Positions 1 to 12,592 of a stretch of 64,000 nt of DNA are shown one piece after another. This DNA comes from Balanoglossus misakiensis. Its lineage: Eukaryota > Animalia > Hemichordata. Location of the stretch: NCBI GenBank assembly GCA_040954595.2, contig CM082587.2, forward strand, positions 8,111,705-8,175,704. The letters are read 5' to 3'. The first letter of the stretch is position 1, and every line of letters begins with the position of its first letter. A program made the translations under genes and the position numbers. The notes beneath the pieces are model-generated. The model saw only the letters and a list, made by a program, of their open reading frames with translations. It was not told the DNA's origin and did no database searches.

Positions 1-98
1 GTTCCACACAGCTAATCTTTATTTCAGTACAAAGACCGTCTTTGGTTTAAGCATATTACGTTGTTTTTACCAATATTTTCACGACTCGTTCATTACAG

Positions 99-3000
99 GT
101 GGCTTGGCGGTGGCCACACCCGGTGAACTGCGCGGGTACTGGGAAGCTCATCGACGATACGGCAAGCTGCAATGGAAACAACTGTTTCAACCCGCCATTA
201 GTATCGCCACTGAGGGTTTCGAGATTGGCGCCTCCCTCGCCAAATCGATCAGGGATTCTGAAGCGTCCGTAAGAAAGGACCCAGGGCTAAGGTAAGTCTA
301 GTCAATTTTAGCCAAACTATAGAGCCTTCATGATTCGACATGCTGCACTGCCAGTTACAATTTGACCAAATTATTTTATCTAATTTAGACGCAACTTATG
401 GCCATTTTGTACAGTCTGGTAGCGATGCGTTATAACATTTAAATAAAAACTATGGCGATTATCATATTTTCCATTTTAAAAGCGAATAATCTAAACTTGC
501 ATTTATGAATAAGAGGGAGGGTTTGAGACTGATTGTGAGGTGCGTACTGCGTTCAAAAGCTTCACACTTTTTCAAGTCTATGTCATATTTCTTTTTCATT
601 ACAATTGAAAATCATCTCCAGTGATCTCTTTCTGAACGAAGACGGGTCGTTGAAAGTGGAGGGCGATCTTTGCACAAATGAACTCCTCGCCGAGACACTG
701 CAGAAAATCGCTGAGGAGGGACCCGATTATTTTTACACGGGAGAGTTTGCCTCATTGACGGTACACGAAGTGTCCGAAGAGCAAGGTTTGTAGGCGCTTG
801 TAACAGTCTGTAGTTTAAAGTTTAAAGGGCGGCGATCGTCTTATGCCCATGCGCCAAACCAGGCACTCTGGTTACAAAGATTGTATACAGTCAGTGCCAT
901 AAGGGAGTGTACTGTCCTAACAACAGACAAGATGGCGACGACCATAGTCTGTGTCAGACACCGGGAAAGACAACAAATTGGCTGAAAAGAAGGAACAAAA
1001 GTAAAGTCTACTTTTGCGTTGCGCATGAAATATGGAAGGTAGCGAAGGCAGTCCGTTATTTGAATGCGTCGGACGCAAAAGTTGCAGTTGGATTGGACGT
1101 AATGATTGTACACACGAAATTATGCACATGCGCATAAGATGATCGTCAGCCCACGGATGGTTCTTGGTTTCATTTGGTAATAAAGTCGGCCAGACTAATA
1201 CTAGTACATACTCAATCATGTATTTTTGGTATTACACGTATAGGCTACCAGTTAGAGTTGTCAAAAGAAAACAAAACATATCCATTCATCCATTCAACAA
1301 CAAACATAATTTTGAATTCTTAATGTATGATTCTTTTCAAGGTGGCATTCTAACTCTATCCGACCTCGTGAACTACACGGTCGCGATCAAAGAGCCGCTG
1401 CAGATAGATTTTGCCGGTTATACTGTTGTTACAGCGCCGCCACCGTCAAGCGGTGCCGTGGTTTTGATGCTGCTCAATATTATGGACGGTATAATAATAA
1501 TATCTTGTTAATAGAAACTCTTTTTTATGATAGAATACAACATACCAGAGGCGTTTTAAAAACAGTAACTCTCCATTTTAAAAGGATATCATGAGTACAA
1601 TGGGATACTTGAAGGGACCAATCAAAACACTCATGGACACAAACCAAACAGTCGTATATGAATATGCATGCGCAATTGCACAACTGAAATTCATGCCCAG
1701 AAAATGTACCATGTATTCCTAAAGGATAGACTGTCCCTAAAATTAGGCCAGGTATATAGGCTTTGTTTCCGTTCATGACCGCTGTAACATTACACTGAGT
1801 TTTCAAAAACTGCACCCAGTCAATAAAACCACATCGCATACTGTTTTAATTACTAGATTAACTGCCTTGGGTGAGATATACTGACCTTGATGGATTTATA
1901 ATAACTGAAAAATGCCTTTGTTTTTGTTTCAAATTTAGCCTTTGACCTTTCGGAGATGGACATGTCAAACACAGAGAAAACAGTGCGTACTTACCATCGA
2001 TTCGCCGAAGCATGCAAGTTCAGTTTCGCCAAGCGAGCAGAACTCGGTGACGTTGACTTTGTTGACGATATCGATGAGGTATGTACAGGTAAACGAAATA
2101 TTAGAAAAAACATGAAAGAAAACAATACAAATTGGATACCACTAAAACGACACAAAATTGAATAATTGCATCCGTTTATCAATCGCAATCACTGTTACAT
2201 AATGGTTTTAACCTTTCATCAAAACTGTCACTTTATGTCGTCTTCTGAAAGCTGTTAGGCCTGATGACGTCAGAAGACTTTGCTGGTGACGTCAGGCGGG
2301 AAATTAATGATACCTGGCTCACGTACGAAAATTCCACGTACTACGCCGCTTACCAAGGAAATCAGTTCTATAATCGCTTCGATAAGGGCACTTCGCATCT
2401 GTCGGTTTTTGCTGAAAATGGCGACGCCGTTGCCATGACAAGTACAATCAACAACAGGTGAGGATAGAACCTACTCTGTGTATCGGGCGACTTTCGTTCC
2501 AGGTTAAAGATTGTGTGGAAATTTCCGTTTGCTTTGGCCCGTTCTGCCAGACACGTGTCTCTCTATATAAAGCATATCATTGGTCAAAGTATCGAGCAAT
2601 CGGATTGGTGAATAATGTTTGGTGGGTAATTACACATGTTAACTTTCGTCGATGATGCGACCATTTGGGAATAAATTTTCCACGTACCTGAAATTTTCAA
2701 AAGTTCAATTCGCGGATCATTTTCTCCCTTGAAAGTCTTTACAATGCTTTTTTTTCGATTGCAGTTTCGGAGCAAAATTTCGGTCTTTGCAAACGGGCTT
2801 GATTATCAACAATCAGATGGACAGTTTCTCCTCGCCGGGAGTCGTGAATTCGGACGGCATCCGCCCGTCGGAGACCAACTTCATCGCTGCGGGCAAACGC
2901 CCCATGTCGTCGATGAGTCCCACCCTGGTGTTGGACCAAAATGGCGACGTCGTCATGGTGATCGGTGCGTCCGGTAGCTCACGCATGATAACGTCGATAT

Positions 3001-3778
3001 CGTTGGTAAGACCGTCGCCCAATCTGGGAAGCAAACTGCTGACCTTTATCGTAGTTCCACGATGCAGCTGAACACTATACGCTAAACAATCCAAATGCTC
3101 AGAAAAAAATACCCTTAGTGTTCTATGACAAAATTACTCCCTCTTTTAAACGTGTATGTACAGGTGACAGTTGAAACGCTTATTATGGGAAATAGCCTGG
3201 AGAATGCTGTGCAAAAGCCCAGAATACACCACAAGTGGCTGCCAAACTACATTGAATTCGAAAACGAATTTAACAAGGTAGGTCATTTAATGATTAGGCG
3301 ATGAAAACAGAACACGATCGGAACTACTTTGTGATAAAAAATGTCATGACATCAATCTGACGTAATGGACAGCCCCTATCCAACGACAGTTTGATGTCTT
3401 GAACATTTCGTCAAAATGTGTTACAAATTTACGCGCCAACAATGTTATAGGTACTGGGTCAGTCGATATTGCACGAGCCACAAGACCTAATACTACATGT
3501 ATCTGATAAAATTATAGCCTGCAACGTTGCATACAGACTACGGGATTAAAACCCTATATCCAACGAGTCGCTTTTCATTTGAACATACTTACGATAACAC
3601 CAAATTATCATCGTTCTGTTGTTCTCCCCTGCAGGAATACATTTCCGGCCTACAAAACTACGGTCACCAACTTGAAAGCTCCAGTTATTTTGGAGTAGTC
3701 CAGGCCATATACAGAAACAGCGGCAAAGTTTTCGCCGAAAGCGATGCCAGGAAAGGAGGGTTTCCCGCCGGATTTTGA
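99..3778 (+). CDS. GGT: Gamma-glutamyltranspeptidase / glutathione hydrolase (GGT1-like), 3' part; 5' exons lie before the window
   Basis: GT-AG exons in continuous frame: 99-291, 622-785, 1342-1488, 1939-2078, 2252-2457, 2765-3005, 3164-3277, 3635-3778(TGA). Motifs: GGLAVATPGELRG, APPPSSGA, autocleavage site G-TSHLSV...AVAMTSTIN, NNQMDSF, KRPMSSMSP, GASGS, PRIHH, SDARKGG. Confidence 0.93.
897..1085. repeat. Dispersed repeat, copy in GGT intron 2
   Basis: Same-orientation similarity to 48858-49035 (caagatggcg...ctgtgtc...gttgcgcatgaaatatggaagg.agcgaaggcagtcc..tatttgaatgc). Confidence 0.8.
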
Positions 3779-4274
3779 TTTCAACTATCTTTCCCGGCGA
3801 AATTTATTCTCGTTGTGCTTTCAGATCTGGGATAATGATCATATGAAATTACACCACTCTATAGGTTTTGGCCGACCCGCATTTATTATTGTCAAGTATA
3901 TGCCCACTCTGGTCCTATTACACTTTGTCCTCTTTTATGCATATAAATCATTAACATATCAAGGCAAATGCAGTGACAGCCAACTAAATCTGCAAGTAAC
4001 CATGGCCACCTGAAATCACGTGATCAAAATAAAACCGAGTATGGATCTGGAATTGCTACTAAAGCGCATTGAGATATATTATGTAATGCGCTACATAGGA
4101 AATTAACTTTTAATAATATGAATCTAGATGTATTTTGGAACCTTAATATAACCACAGGGCGAGCGGCAAGGCTAGGGTTATCGAACTTCAGAAGTAGCAG
4201 GGTGTGAAAATATCACATGTCAGAGTATGAAAAATATCAGGAATTGTCGAGTGGTTGACATAAAATATGCATAT

Positions 4275-4445
4275 CACAGCACAGTACAGTACAATACAAT
4301 ACAGTACAGTCTAAAACAGTACAGTACACCATAACATACTTAGCCTAGTACCTCGGCATATTTTGTCCGCTTTGCAAAGGCTATACCATAGTACCATACC
4401 ATACCATACCATACCATACCATACCATACCATACCATACCATAGT
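4275..4445. repeat. Pentanucleotide simple repeats (AGTAC/AATAC, then (ACCAT)n)
   Basis: Directly visible; (accat)n at ~4392-4442. Confidence 0.9.
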
Positions 4446-4542
4446 ATCAGATTGGATTGGATCGTGGACTTGCGTATATGAATAAAATAAAGAGAAGAAC
4501 ACTGTAACAAAACCAAAGAATTGGCTGCCCACATACACTGTA

Positions 4543-5045
4543 ATGTCATTTCTTATGTGTGGGCAATATCACGAGGATTACAGTGATATAATGGATCTAA
4601 TGGGATTGCCCAAAGTGTCAGAATCCACTTTTGAGAGGAACATGAACTGGATGTATCCAGCTGTGACAGCATTGTGTGATTGGTCATGTTCTGAGGTGCA
4701 GAAATCAATAATTGAGCATGGGACAACAGTGGGATGCTGGTGCTGATGGCTTCTATGGCAGCAGGAGAAATGCCAACAACAGCTCCTTTACCTTACATGA
4801 TTTTGAAACAGGGAAAATTGCATTTAGAGCACACAGAACTAAATAGCGTCCAGGTCATAATTGGAAGAGGGCTGGTGCTGGAACTGAATGGGATATGATT
4901 GGGGAAATAAGCAGAGGAGTGAAGGAATCCAATATGGCTATAGGGAGGCTAATAGCGGACAAAGATGCAGCTCTTGTTAATACCCTAGTGGAGGTATTTC
5001 CAGAGGCAGAGGATATTTATTGTAGTAACCATGTTAAACAAATCC
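4543..5045 (+). pseudogene. Decayed Mutator-like transposase fragment
   Basis: Frameshifted pieces read CGQYHEDYS..LMGLP...ADGFY...NNSSFTLHDFETGKI...GHNW...LIADKDA...IYCSNHVK, matching the DG..TGK..NW..D.D..C.NH pattern of invertebrate Mutator-like transposases; contains stops and frameshifts. Confidence 0.6.
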
Positions 5046-5149
5046 CTACGCAGAATTGGCAAAGTTATCACACATAAAATATAATGTGGTATTTTTAGTA
5101 TTCCAAAGATTCGGATGGATCCATTTCAGAGGACCATGATGAAGTTGTA

Positions 5150-5400
5150 GAGAGTCAACATGTTGAACCTGGACCATCTCGCAAAAGAAAGAAGCAAGAT
5201 GATTCAAGCTTTATGTTGTCCAGCATGGCTGCGGCATGCAATAAAATAGCAAACAAAAACGAAACAACACGTTCTTCATCTTCGGATGAAGCTTTCGGCA
5301 ACTATGTTGCTCGCGAGCTCGCAGCTTGCGAAAACATAAAAGCCAGAGCTTTGGCAAAGATGGAGATAACGGAGATAATCACTCAAATGTGTTTTTGGGA
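5150..5400 (+). pseudogene. Fragment resembling the C-terminus of MADF/Myb-SANT (Harbinger ORF2-type) proteins
   Basis: RKRKK followed by DEAFGNYVARELA...ALAKMEITEII; no start or splice context visible. Confidence 0.35.
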
Positions 5401-5669
5401 GTTTAATTTGCCTAGATATGAATCATATCGATATCACACACCACCACCACCTGCCACACAAACACACCCTTCTGGCCCATACACCAGCACCCCAGCCCAC
5501 CATTCTCCTGAATGAACATTCACACCAACCCACAATCCTTTTAACCGGCATACAACCATTCTTGATCAACTCCTTGAAACCGACCCGTAAAAATATGTAG
5601 ATTTGCAATCTTAATGTATTGTTATACTTATCTAGTTGAAGAAAAATATTTCAAGCCCTGATTTTACCA

Positions 5670-6590
5670 TTAGTGGAACTTATACTACACCATCACTTGC
5701 CATGAGGTTAGGCTACTAGATAAAAGGCATGTGCCGAGATTACTGTTAGTCAGGCTGTTCAAGCTGATTTAAAAGAACAAATGCAAAGGTACCTAGAGCT
5801 TCACAACTTGAAGGGGAAAGCAGAATCGCAGGCATTGCGTAACACACCATTCAGTCACAGAAATCAAATAAACCAAAACCTCTACCTCTGACCACAGACG
5901 TGATGAAGTTAAACAACAGAATGAATGACATTATCAAAAACACGGCGAAGAATTCGAAAAGAAAAGAAATTAATTGAAGCATCTTGGGCCTCAATGTGCA
6001 AGGCAACATTGACACAAGTCATGTTATTTAATTGACGTCGGGTGGGCGGAGTTTCCAGAATGTTGTTGACAACATATGAAGATAATAAAGATGCTATTAA
6101 ATGGCCAACTGTATTTTGCAGTTTTTACCCTTAGTTGTTGTTATACTTTCATTCCATTCATGCCTTTTGAGGGCTCTGATGTAAATTACAATTTAATTTG
6201 TAACTATGACTACCCTCTGTTAATAAAGTGTAATAATAACAATAATAATGTGCCAGTTTTATTGACCCCATTTCTTAAAGACTGCATAAACCTATTCTGT
6301 GATATGAGGAAGAAGGCCAATAAGCATCCCTTGAGTCCATTTTTTGCATGTCAGTACGCTGCAAAATAGTGTCAGCGAGGAGATCCATGCCTGAGCTCAG
6401 ACTTTATGCTCAAAGTTCTGGTGCAGCAAATCCTGAAAGACTGACGTCAGCAAACCTCAGAAAGCATGTAGCCACTTTGTCGCAGTTTCTGAACCTTAGT
6501 AACAATGAACTGGATATTCTGGCACGTTTCATGGGACATGATTTAAATGTGCACCGAAACTACAGACTACCACAAGCAACACTGACCGAA
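5670..6590 (+). pseudogene. Decayed tyrosine-recombinase (Crypton-like) coding remnant
   Basis: YTTPSLAMRLGY (~5680), KPKPLPLTTDVMKL (~5870-5910) and LTSANLRKHVATLSQFLNL...LARFMGHDLNVHRNYRLP (6440-6573), which has the R-K-H / GH / Y layout of a YR catalytic C-terminus; interrupted and internally deleted. Confidence 0.65.
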
Positions 6591-6599
6591 CATCAACCA

Positions 6600-6975
6600 A
6601 CTAATTCGACATCACCATGGGCCGCTACGATGCCGCCGAAACAAGCGAGCTTGTCGGCACTTTCCTACTGCACCAGATCACACAAAAGAAAACACGGAAA
6701 CCAATCCGGCCTTTAGAGGGAATCATCAAGGCGTCAGCACAAGTTGAACGCAAAAAGAAAGACATTTGCGCCATCTTCAATCAACATTGACTAAAAATCA
6801 CAATCGAGGCCAACAAGAAAATTTTGAACTTTCTCGACACCACCCTGAACCTAACCAGTGGAAAATAAAAACATCAACAAGCGCCTCTCAGATATTTCGT
6901 ACGATGACGAATGCTTCAACACGGCCACACCGCTACCAACAAGCCATCAACAAAAGCGGATACGAACACTGCATT
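6600..6975 (+). mobile_element. Penelope-like retroelement reverse transcriptase remnant
   Basis: FDITMGRYDAAETSELVGTFLL...GL*R and LKITIEANKKILNFLDTTLNL, matching Penelope-type RT (FDVTMGSYDGAE..ELVG..GLYRDD..NFLDVTL); contains stops. Confidence 0.75.
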
Positions 6976-7299
6976 ATCCTTTAACCCTGGCTTTGATAAA
7001 ATAAAATATCTTCAACAGTGATGTATTTATGGCTTATGTTACAATGATATAATATAATGTTAAAGAGAAAATCATTCTTGATTAAATTTAAAGTGGAATT
7101 TGAATTCTTGTAGGCGTTGGGGGTTAAATACGATGTCAAATGAGGACAACCCATCGAGCGCATCAGTTGGAAATTATCGATCGGTTGGTTTATGAAACCA
7201 GTGACAGTATTATAGTACTTGAGTTTGTCGTGCACCGTGTGAATTAAGGAGATCGACATCCCGAATTCATGCCCGTTCCCCGTCTATATGTTGGATGTT

Positions 7300-8400
7300 C
7301 GTCATGAAGTCGGTTACGCAAACAAGAATAATTGTTATAGTCACGAAGGACTGCCAAACTATCGATTGCAGACAGGAACATCATTCTTGGAACCCAAGTT
7401 TTGAGTCTGGGATGTCTTGCTCACTGGCGTAATGGTGGTGGTGGTGGGGGGCACATCTAAAAGTATAAACGCATGTAATCACGACGAACGAATTCACTTT
7501 GGCGAGTAAGCCATGAGCTTTGGCGTTAGCGGTGGCACCATTCTAAAGCGTTGCACGGGAGAGTTGGCTTTTTTAGCCTTACATTGGTACTGTCAGTCTG
7601 TCAATGACGTCCTGGAGTGGTCGCAGACGTTCGTACTGCTTGGCTGAGGCGTCAAAGTAGTGGTAATCTGGTAAACTTGGTTTACAGTGTCCTGGCATCG
7701 CTCGATCAGTTTCACTGATGCCGCGGCTTGACTACAGACAAGTACGAGTCGGTGGGCTACGCAGTGAATGTGTATCAGTTTTCAGTCTGACTCCGACACC
7801 GCTCCGCTGACCTGTTACCCCCACGTCCCCCCCCCCCCCACAACGGCACAGCTGGGTTACCACAGCTAGTTCTCCGTGTACCTCATACTGCTCTAACTTC
7901 ACAAGGATGAGAACATCGAGGAGACCTTTTTGGAATTCAGACATGTTCAAACGGTATTCCCACACCCTGTCCACAGCATGCATGGTTAGAGTAGCACTGG
8001 TGTTTACAAACACAACCGGTCCGCATTACGGCCTCAACCGATGGCTTATCCAAGGCGTCATTACCTTCTTCATGATGCTCATCTTCTTGACCCATCTCTG
8101 TATGTATTTCAGAATACAGTCTGACAAATTCGACTGGCCCTGCTTCTGGTAGTGGCTCGTCTTCATCGCTATCGTCATCGACGCCAAGGCAGTGATCACC
8201 TGCACTATCGGCTGAACACTGACAATTCGCTCTCAATTCTGGTGGACCGAATGTTTCAAACAACTCGCCTTGCCGTTTTTCAAGCAGAGTTCGCACTTCG
8301 GTATTTGATTTTGGATCAACAGGTACCGAGAATGCCATGAATTTACAAGAGCTAGCGATTACGGGAAACATGAGCGATTTTCATATTGATATACGACTCT
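7300..8400 (-). pseudogene. Degenerate transposase-like remnant (possibly Sola-type N-terminus)
   Basis: Acidic stretch then GCVCKHQCYSN / RVWEYRLNMSEFQKGLLDVLILVKL across a frameshift; downstream too decayed to read. Confidence 0.3.
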
Positions 8401-9669
8401 GACCTCGTTTGCGCTGAGGTCACGTGAGCAAAGTGGCGGGAACAAAATTAGTTACAATGTATTTTACCGGTACAGAAATCTAATTCACTGAAGAAATGAC
8501 ATAAATGTTTTGCGTTTCGTGATAGACTTCGAATATCATTTGTCATTTTCTCAAAAAAGTTAGGCAATGCTGGACAAATCCATTTTCTTCCAGAGTGCAG
8601 GCGAATATTTGCATGTGAAAAGCACACAGAGAACGTCACATTTTCAAATGCAAATTACTAATAATAACGTTGAACTGCACAAGGACCCTTTCCCTTGCGG
8701 CGGCCCAGTTGTTTTACCAAAAAGTTGAAATTCCTATTTTAAAAAGCATATAGGCCTATTTCTAAATCATAAAATATTCGTGGTTATTTGTAGGTTGCTA
8801 TTTATTCTTTATCTGGGTATTTTTAGTCTTCAATGTATACTGAAAAAAATGTATTGCCATGATTTTCGTCTCAAATATTTTGTTCTAAAATGGCAAGTTT
8901 GTCCTATTTTGCACCTTCTCTAATTTCAGAAAATCACTGTTTGCAATATTCAGCCTACATTTTCTACAATGTTTAAGTTAGCCAAAGGTCTGAAATTTTT
9001 ACACTAACTTCTCTTTACCATAGATGTGATTCATGTCATCATCAATATTATTATTACAAGTCACACATGTGATTTTATGTTAACATGTAAACAGAAACAT
9101 TTGCCTGAGTGATCGACAATGAAAAAAACTTTTCTGTCAAAAATATGCAAAATAATGTTAATCACGTGCAAATTAAATATTTCCCCCGGTAGGCAAATTC
9201 AAGAATTTTAATTCAAATTTGGTACAGATCTACTTGCAAACACGGTTTCATTTCCGTGGGCCAGGTTTTATTTCCGTTTGTCACCTACCCTTTGCCAGAG
9301 GCTAGTGTGCCCATGACATTCGCATGAAAAAACCATATGAACGAACGGAAATCAAGTCTTCGGAAACAATATTAATAACCAAGGCCACAATTCAATGTTA
9401 CTCAACCAGTCTTACGAGACAATAAAGTACGATCATCTATAGAGAATCTTCTTTCCGGGTAAATGTCGATGGGTTGATCAAAGATTCGGTGGCTAGTTAT
9501 ACTATTAGCATAGCATTGCCTGTTATTAATTTCGATCATCTGACAGTAATGCAGATTACCATGAATCCTATACATATATGTACATCATAGATGTTATAAC
9601 CAACCGCTCCGTTCGCCATCATTTACCTGAATGTTACTTCTCGAAATTCACTATATCCAGTATAAGAGC

Positions 9670-9900
9670 CCGCACACCAAGTTGGGCGGGAGTTGGTATA
9701 TGGCGCTTTTTTCCCCCATGATTCAAATTACAGTAAACGCCATGTTGGAAATTCTGCCAACTATCCCTCGTTTTTGTATTAAACAAAATCGCGCGACTTA
9801 TACATGGCGAAAATGTTTTTTTTTTTTTTTTTTTTCTGAAAGAGTGACTTCAAAGCTACCAAATTATGTAGAAATCAGCTGGACCGGATTTCCCCTTTAA
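9670..9900 (-). mobile_element. End of a TTAA-flanked non-autonomous DNA element (dispersed repeat)
   Basis: Ends in ...ccggatttcccct|ttaa; inverted homolog at 37436-37625 in an SLC22 intron. Confidence 0.7.
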
Positions 9901-10307
9901 GACAGCCACGGTTTTCCATAGCGGCGAGCATGAGAAACATTTTGGTCAACTAAAAAGCTTATCGCAGCGGTAAAGATGACCTATTCGTATCATTGAGCCA
10001 CTGCGCGAGCTGTTATTTTGGTGATTTTATTTTTGGCTCGGTGCTCTTATAACATTTCCCGTAATCAGAATGATTAACTGGTAATTTGAGTCTTTTGAGA
10101 TGATTGAAGCTAATTTCCTGAAATCGTTATTATCATGGCTTCTCTTATAATGATGCAGTCATTTACGTCGGTACCTGAATTTATTTGTAAAGTGAGAGCT
10201 TTCAACTATAACCTGTTGACAAAATGAGATTGCTTTGTCAAAATAGCACAAGAAAGCAATATGGTAAACAATTTACAACGAAAAATGTCAACTTTGAATG
10301 TACTGTT

Positions 10308-10514
10308 TAGATATGTCAAAATTTGGTTTTCCATCAAAGGTCATTAAAACATGCCATGCGTTCTTATATCATGATTGTGTAATTGCACAAATTTTGTACC
10401 AGGATACAATTAATTCAATTGGATTAATGTTCTTGAACAAAGATTCGTTATTATCGTTTTTCCTGACAGATAACACGAGGTGTTCACGTGCAAGAACTGT
10501 CTATGCAACGCGAC
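10308..10514 (+). repeat. Left arm of ~200-bp inverted repeat pair flanking the GPCR
   Basis: Reverse complement of 12593-12796 (e.g. gattgtgtaattgcacaaattttgtaccagg; ataacacgaggtgttcacgtgcaagaactgtctatgcaacgcgac). Confidence 0.9.
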
Positions 10515-11279
10515 GGTCAATCCAATCGTTTGGGAGTAAACAACAAACCGGATACACAGTTAATGACCTATCGTACAGTTTAGCTACTTGTATTGTAAGA
10601 TATTGAACTGTATTCAAATGAGCTACATGCATATCTTTGGCATAGTGCAGTGGTAGCCGTGGATTATAACATGACTATCATGCAGCATTTATCTTAAAGG
10701 GTTTAAACTAAGGCCGGTGCGCAGAGATTTACAATATTTTCTCATTATTACAATCTATCCTTAACGCATTAAACTATTTTATATTTGTTAATCTTTAAGA
10801 TGTAACATTTAGATTTCCCCATGTACTTCGTCGTATAATCCCACATTAGTGCCAATGGTGTTGACCGTAAATAAAAATGTTTTGTTCAAAAAGCTGCAAA
10901 TTACGCACTCAATATGAACTTACGGTTTCCCAGGTAACAATTCCTCTGTGTAATATCATTTTGTAACAATTGTATTCCGATATATTTTGACGCAATGATA
11001 CACAATTTATAAATTTGGCATTGTGTTGCGCTGCGCTTAACTCGTCAGTCAAGTTCACACCGACCAATAAATGTAGATTCGCAATGCGCGCAAAGATCGT
11101 AACCTTTGTTGCCATGGAAATATGTCCCATTGCAGAGAGTCATTATGTAAGAAAACTGAGCTGATCAGTCGGTCATATGAGTATAAGGCACAGCAACGTA
11201 ATATAGACGTGTATATCTATATTATTTGTCACCGGCATCTTTCGAAGGGAAAGTCTTCTTGTTGCCAGCGTCGCTTAAA

Positions 11280-12296
11280 ATGTCACTACGCACGACTATC
11301 CGATCACTAGATGTTTTATGCTGTGTCATGTACATCTTGATCACCTTCATTGGATTAATTGGCAATGCCATGGTGTGCTATACTGTCTTCGCCAACAAGA
11401 AAATGCGAACAGCGAGTAACTATCAACTGGTGTCTCTGGCTATTATGGACGGCATTGCCTGCGTTTTCGTCTCACCTATACGTTTGATCTTCACTGTTAA
11501 AGTGCTTCTCGAGAACGCTGATGAACTGGTGTTGGAGGAAGGCTATCTTTTACTCTGCAAGGTGCAGACGTTCATAGTAAACATGTCTACCATTGGTAGC
11601 GTAACTTCCCTGGCGACTTTGGGCGTGATACGGGCACTTGCCATAGTTGGGAATTATCCGAAGGAGCGTTTGGAAACAGCCATCAAAGGGTGTGTCATTC
11701 TTAACTATGTTGTCAGCTTTGCAGTAGCCATTTTGAAAGTGATCAAAGAAGGCGAAAGTTACGTGTGTTTCAATCGCACTGAGGAGTTGACCACCCAAGT
11801 CACCCTGCAATATCCGGGAGTGATCATCATTTTGGTGAGCTCGGTGACAATTACAGTGGCGTACATTAGCATTTGCTTCAAGATGAGATGCCATCAGCAA
11901 TCGGTAGTCCCATGGCTCCCCCAGCAAAGCGTCTCTGCAGAGAGAGCGGACATAGCAACGATCAGGGTGTCCGTCACGTTGGTGCTCTGCTTCTTCGCCA
12001 CTTCATTGCCGGTGTCGTTTTACTTCTTTCTGGTGCAGAGAGACCGCCATCCTATAACCCTCCACGTCGTCAACCTCTTGATGATGGTTTTACTGCTGGG
12101 TAGCGTCGTCAATCCAGTCGTGTACGCTCTCATGTCAAAGAATTTCCGGCGATACCTGAAGCAGCGCGGTACTGCACAGCAGGCCGCGGGTGTAACAGCA
12201 CGGTCAGCCAGGAGGGTTCATCCTGTCACAAGCGATGGAGGCACACCCCAACAAGTATCTACCAATAACGAAATACCTTTGGACAGTGCAGTGTAG
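11280..12296 (+). CDS. Intronless class A (rhodopsin-like) GPCR, orphan
   Basis: ORF track 11226-12296 starts at TTG; first ATG is 11280 (~338 aa). Seven hydrophobic segments; TM1 GN, ICL1 KKMRTASN, TM2 SLAIMD, TM3 Cys (LCK), TM6 CFFATSLP, TM7 NPVVY, helix 8 NFRR. Confidence 0.9.
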   Translation: MSLRTTIRSLDVLCCVMYILITFIGLIGNAMVCYTVFANKKMRTASNYQLVSLAIMDGIACVFVSPIRLIFTVKVLLENADELVLEEGYLLLCKVQTFIVNMSTIGSVTSLATLGVIRALAIVGNYPKERLETAIKGCVILNYVVSFAVAILKVIKEGESYVCFNRTEELTTQVTLQYPGVIIILVSSVTITVAYISICFKMRCHQQSVVPWLPQQSVSAERADIATIRVSVTLVLCFFATSLPVSFYFFLVQRDRHPITLHVVNLLMMVLLLGSVVNPVVYALMSKNFRRYLKQRGTAQQAAGVTARSARRVHPVTSDGGTPQQVSTNNEIPLDSAV

Positions 12297-12592
12297 ACAG
12301 ATATTCGAACGAAGGCTTTCTGTCTGACCAAATAACGCGCGTCTGTGTGTCATCTGCGCCAACGAAGATCGCAGGGTGATGACTCCTCAAGACCATCCTA
12401 TCCCCGCACAGAACAGTTTACAGTGCTTCGAAAACAGATCCGTGTTTTCTGTGAACACAAACAAACCCTTTCGCACTTGTATCACCAATGTTGGCATATC
12501 GTCCTCAAGTATATACATCTTGAATCTTAAGAATTTTCAGGCCCTGCACAGGCAAATCACAGGACGTATTGCAGGTACCTCCTGCAGGATCT

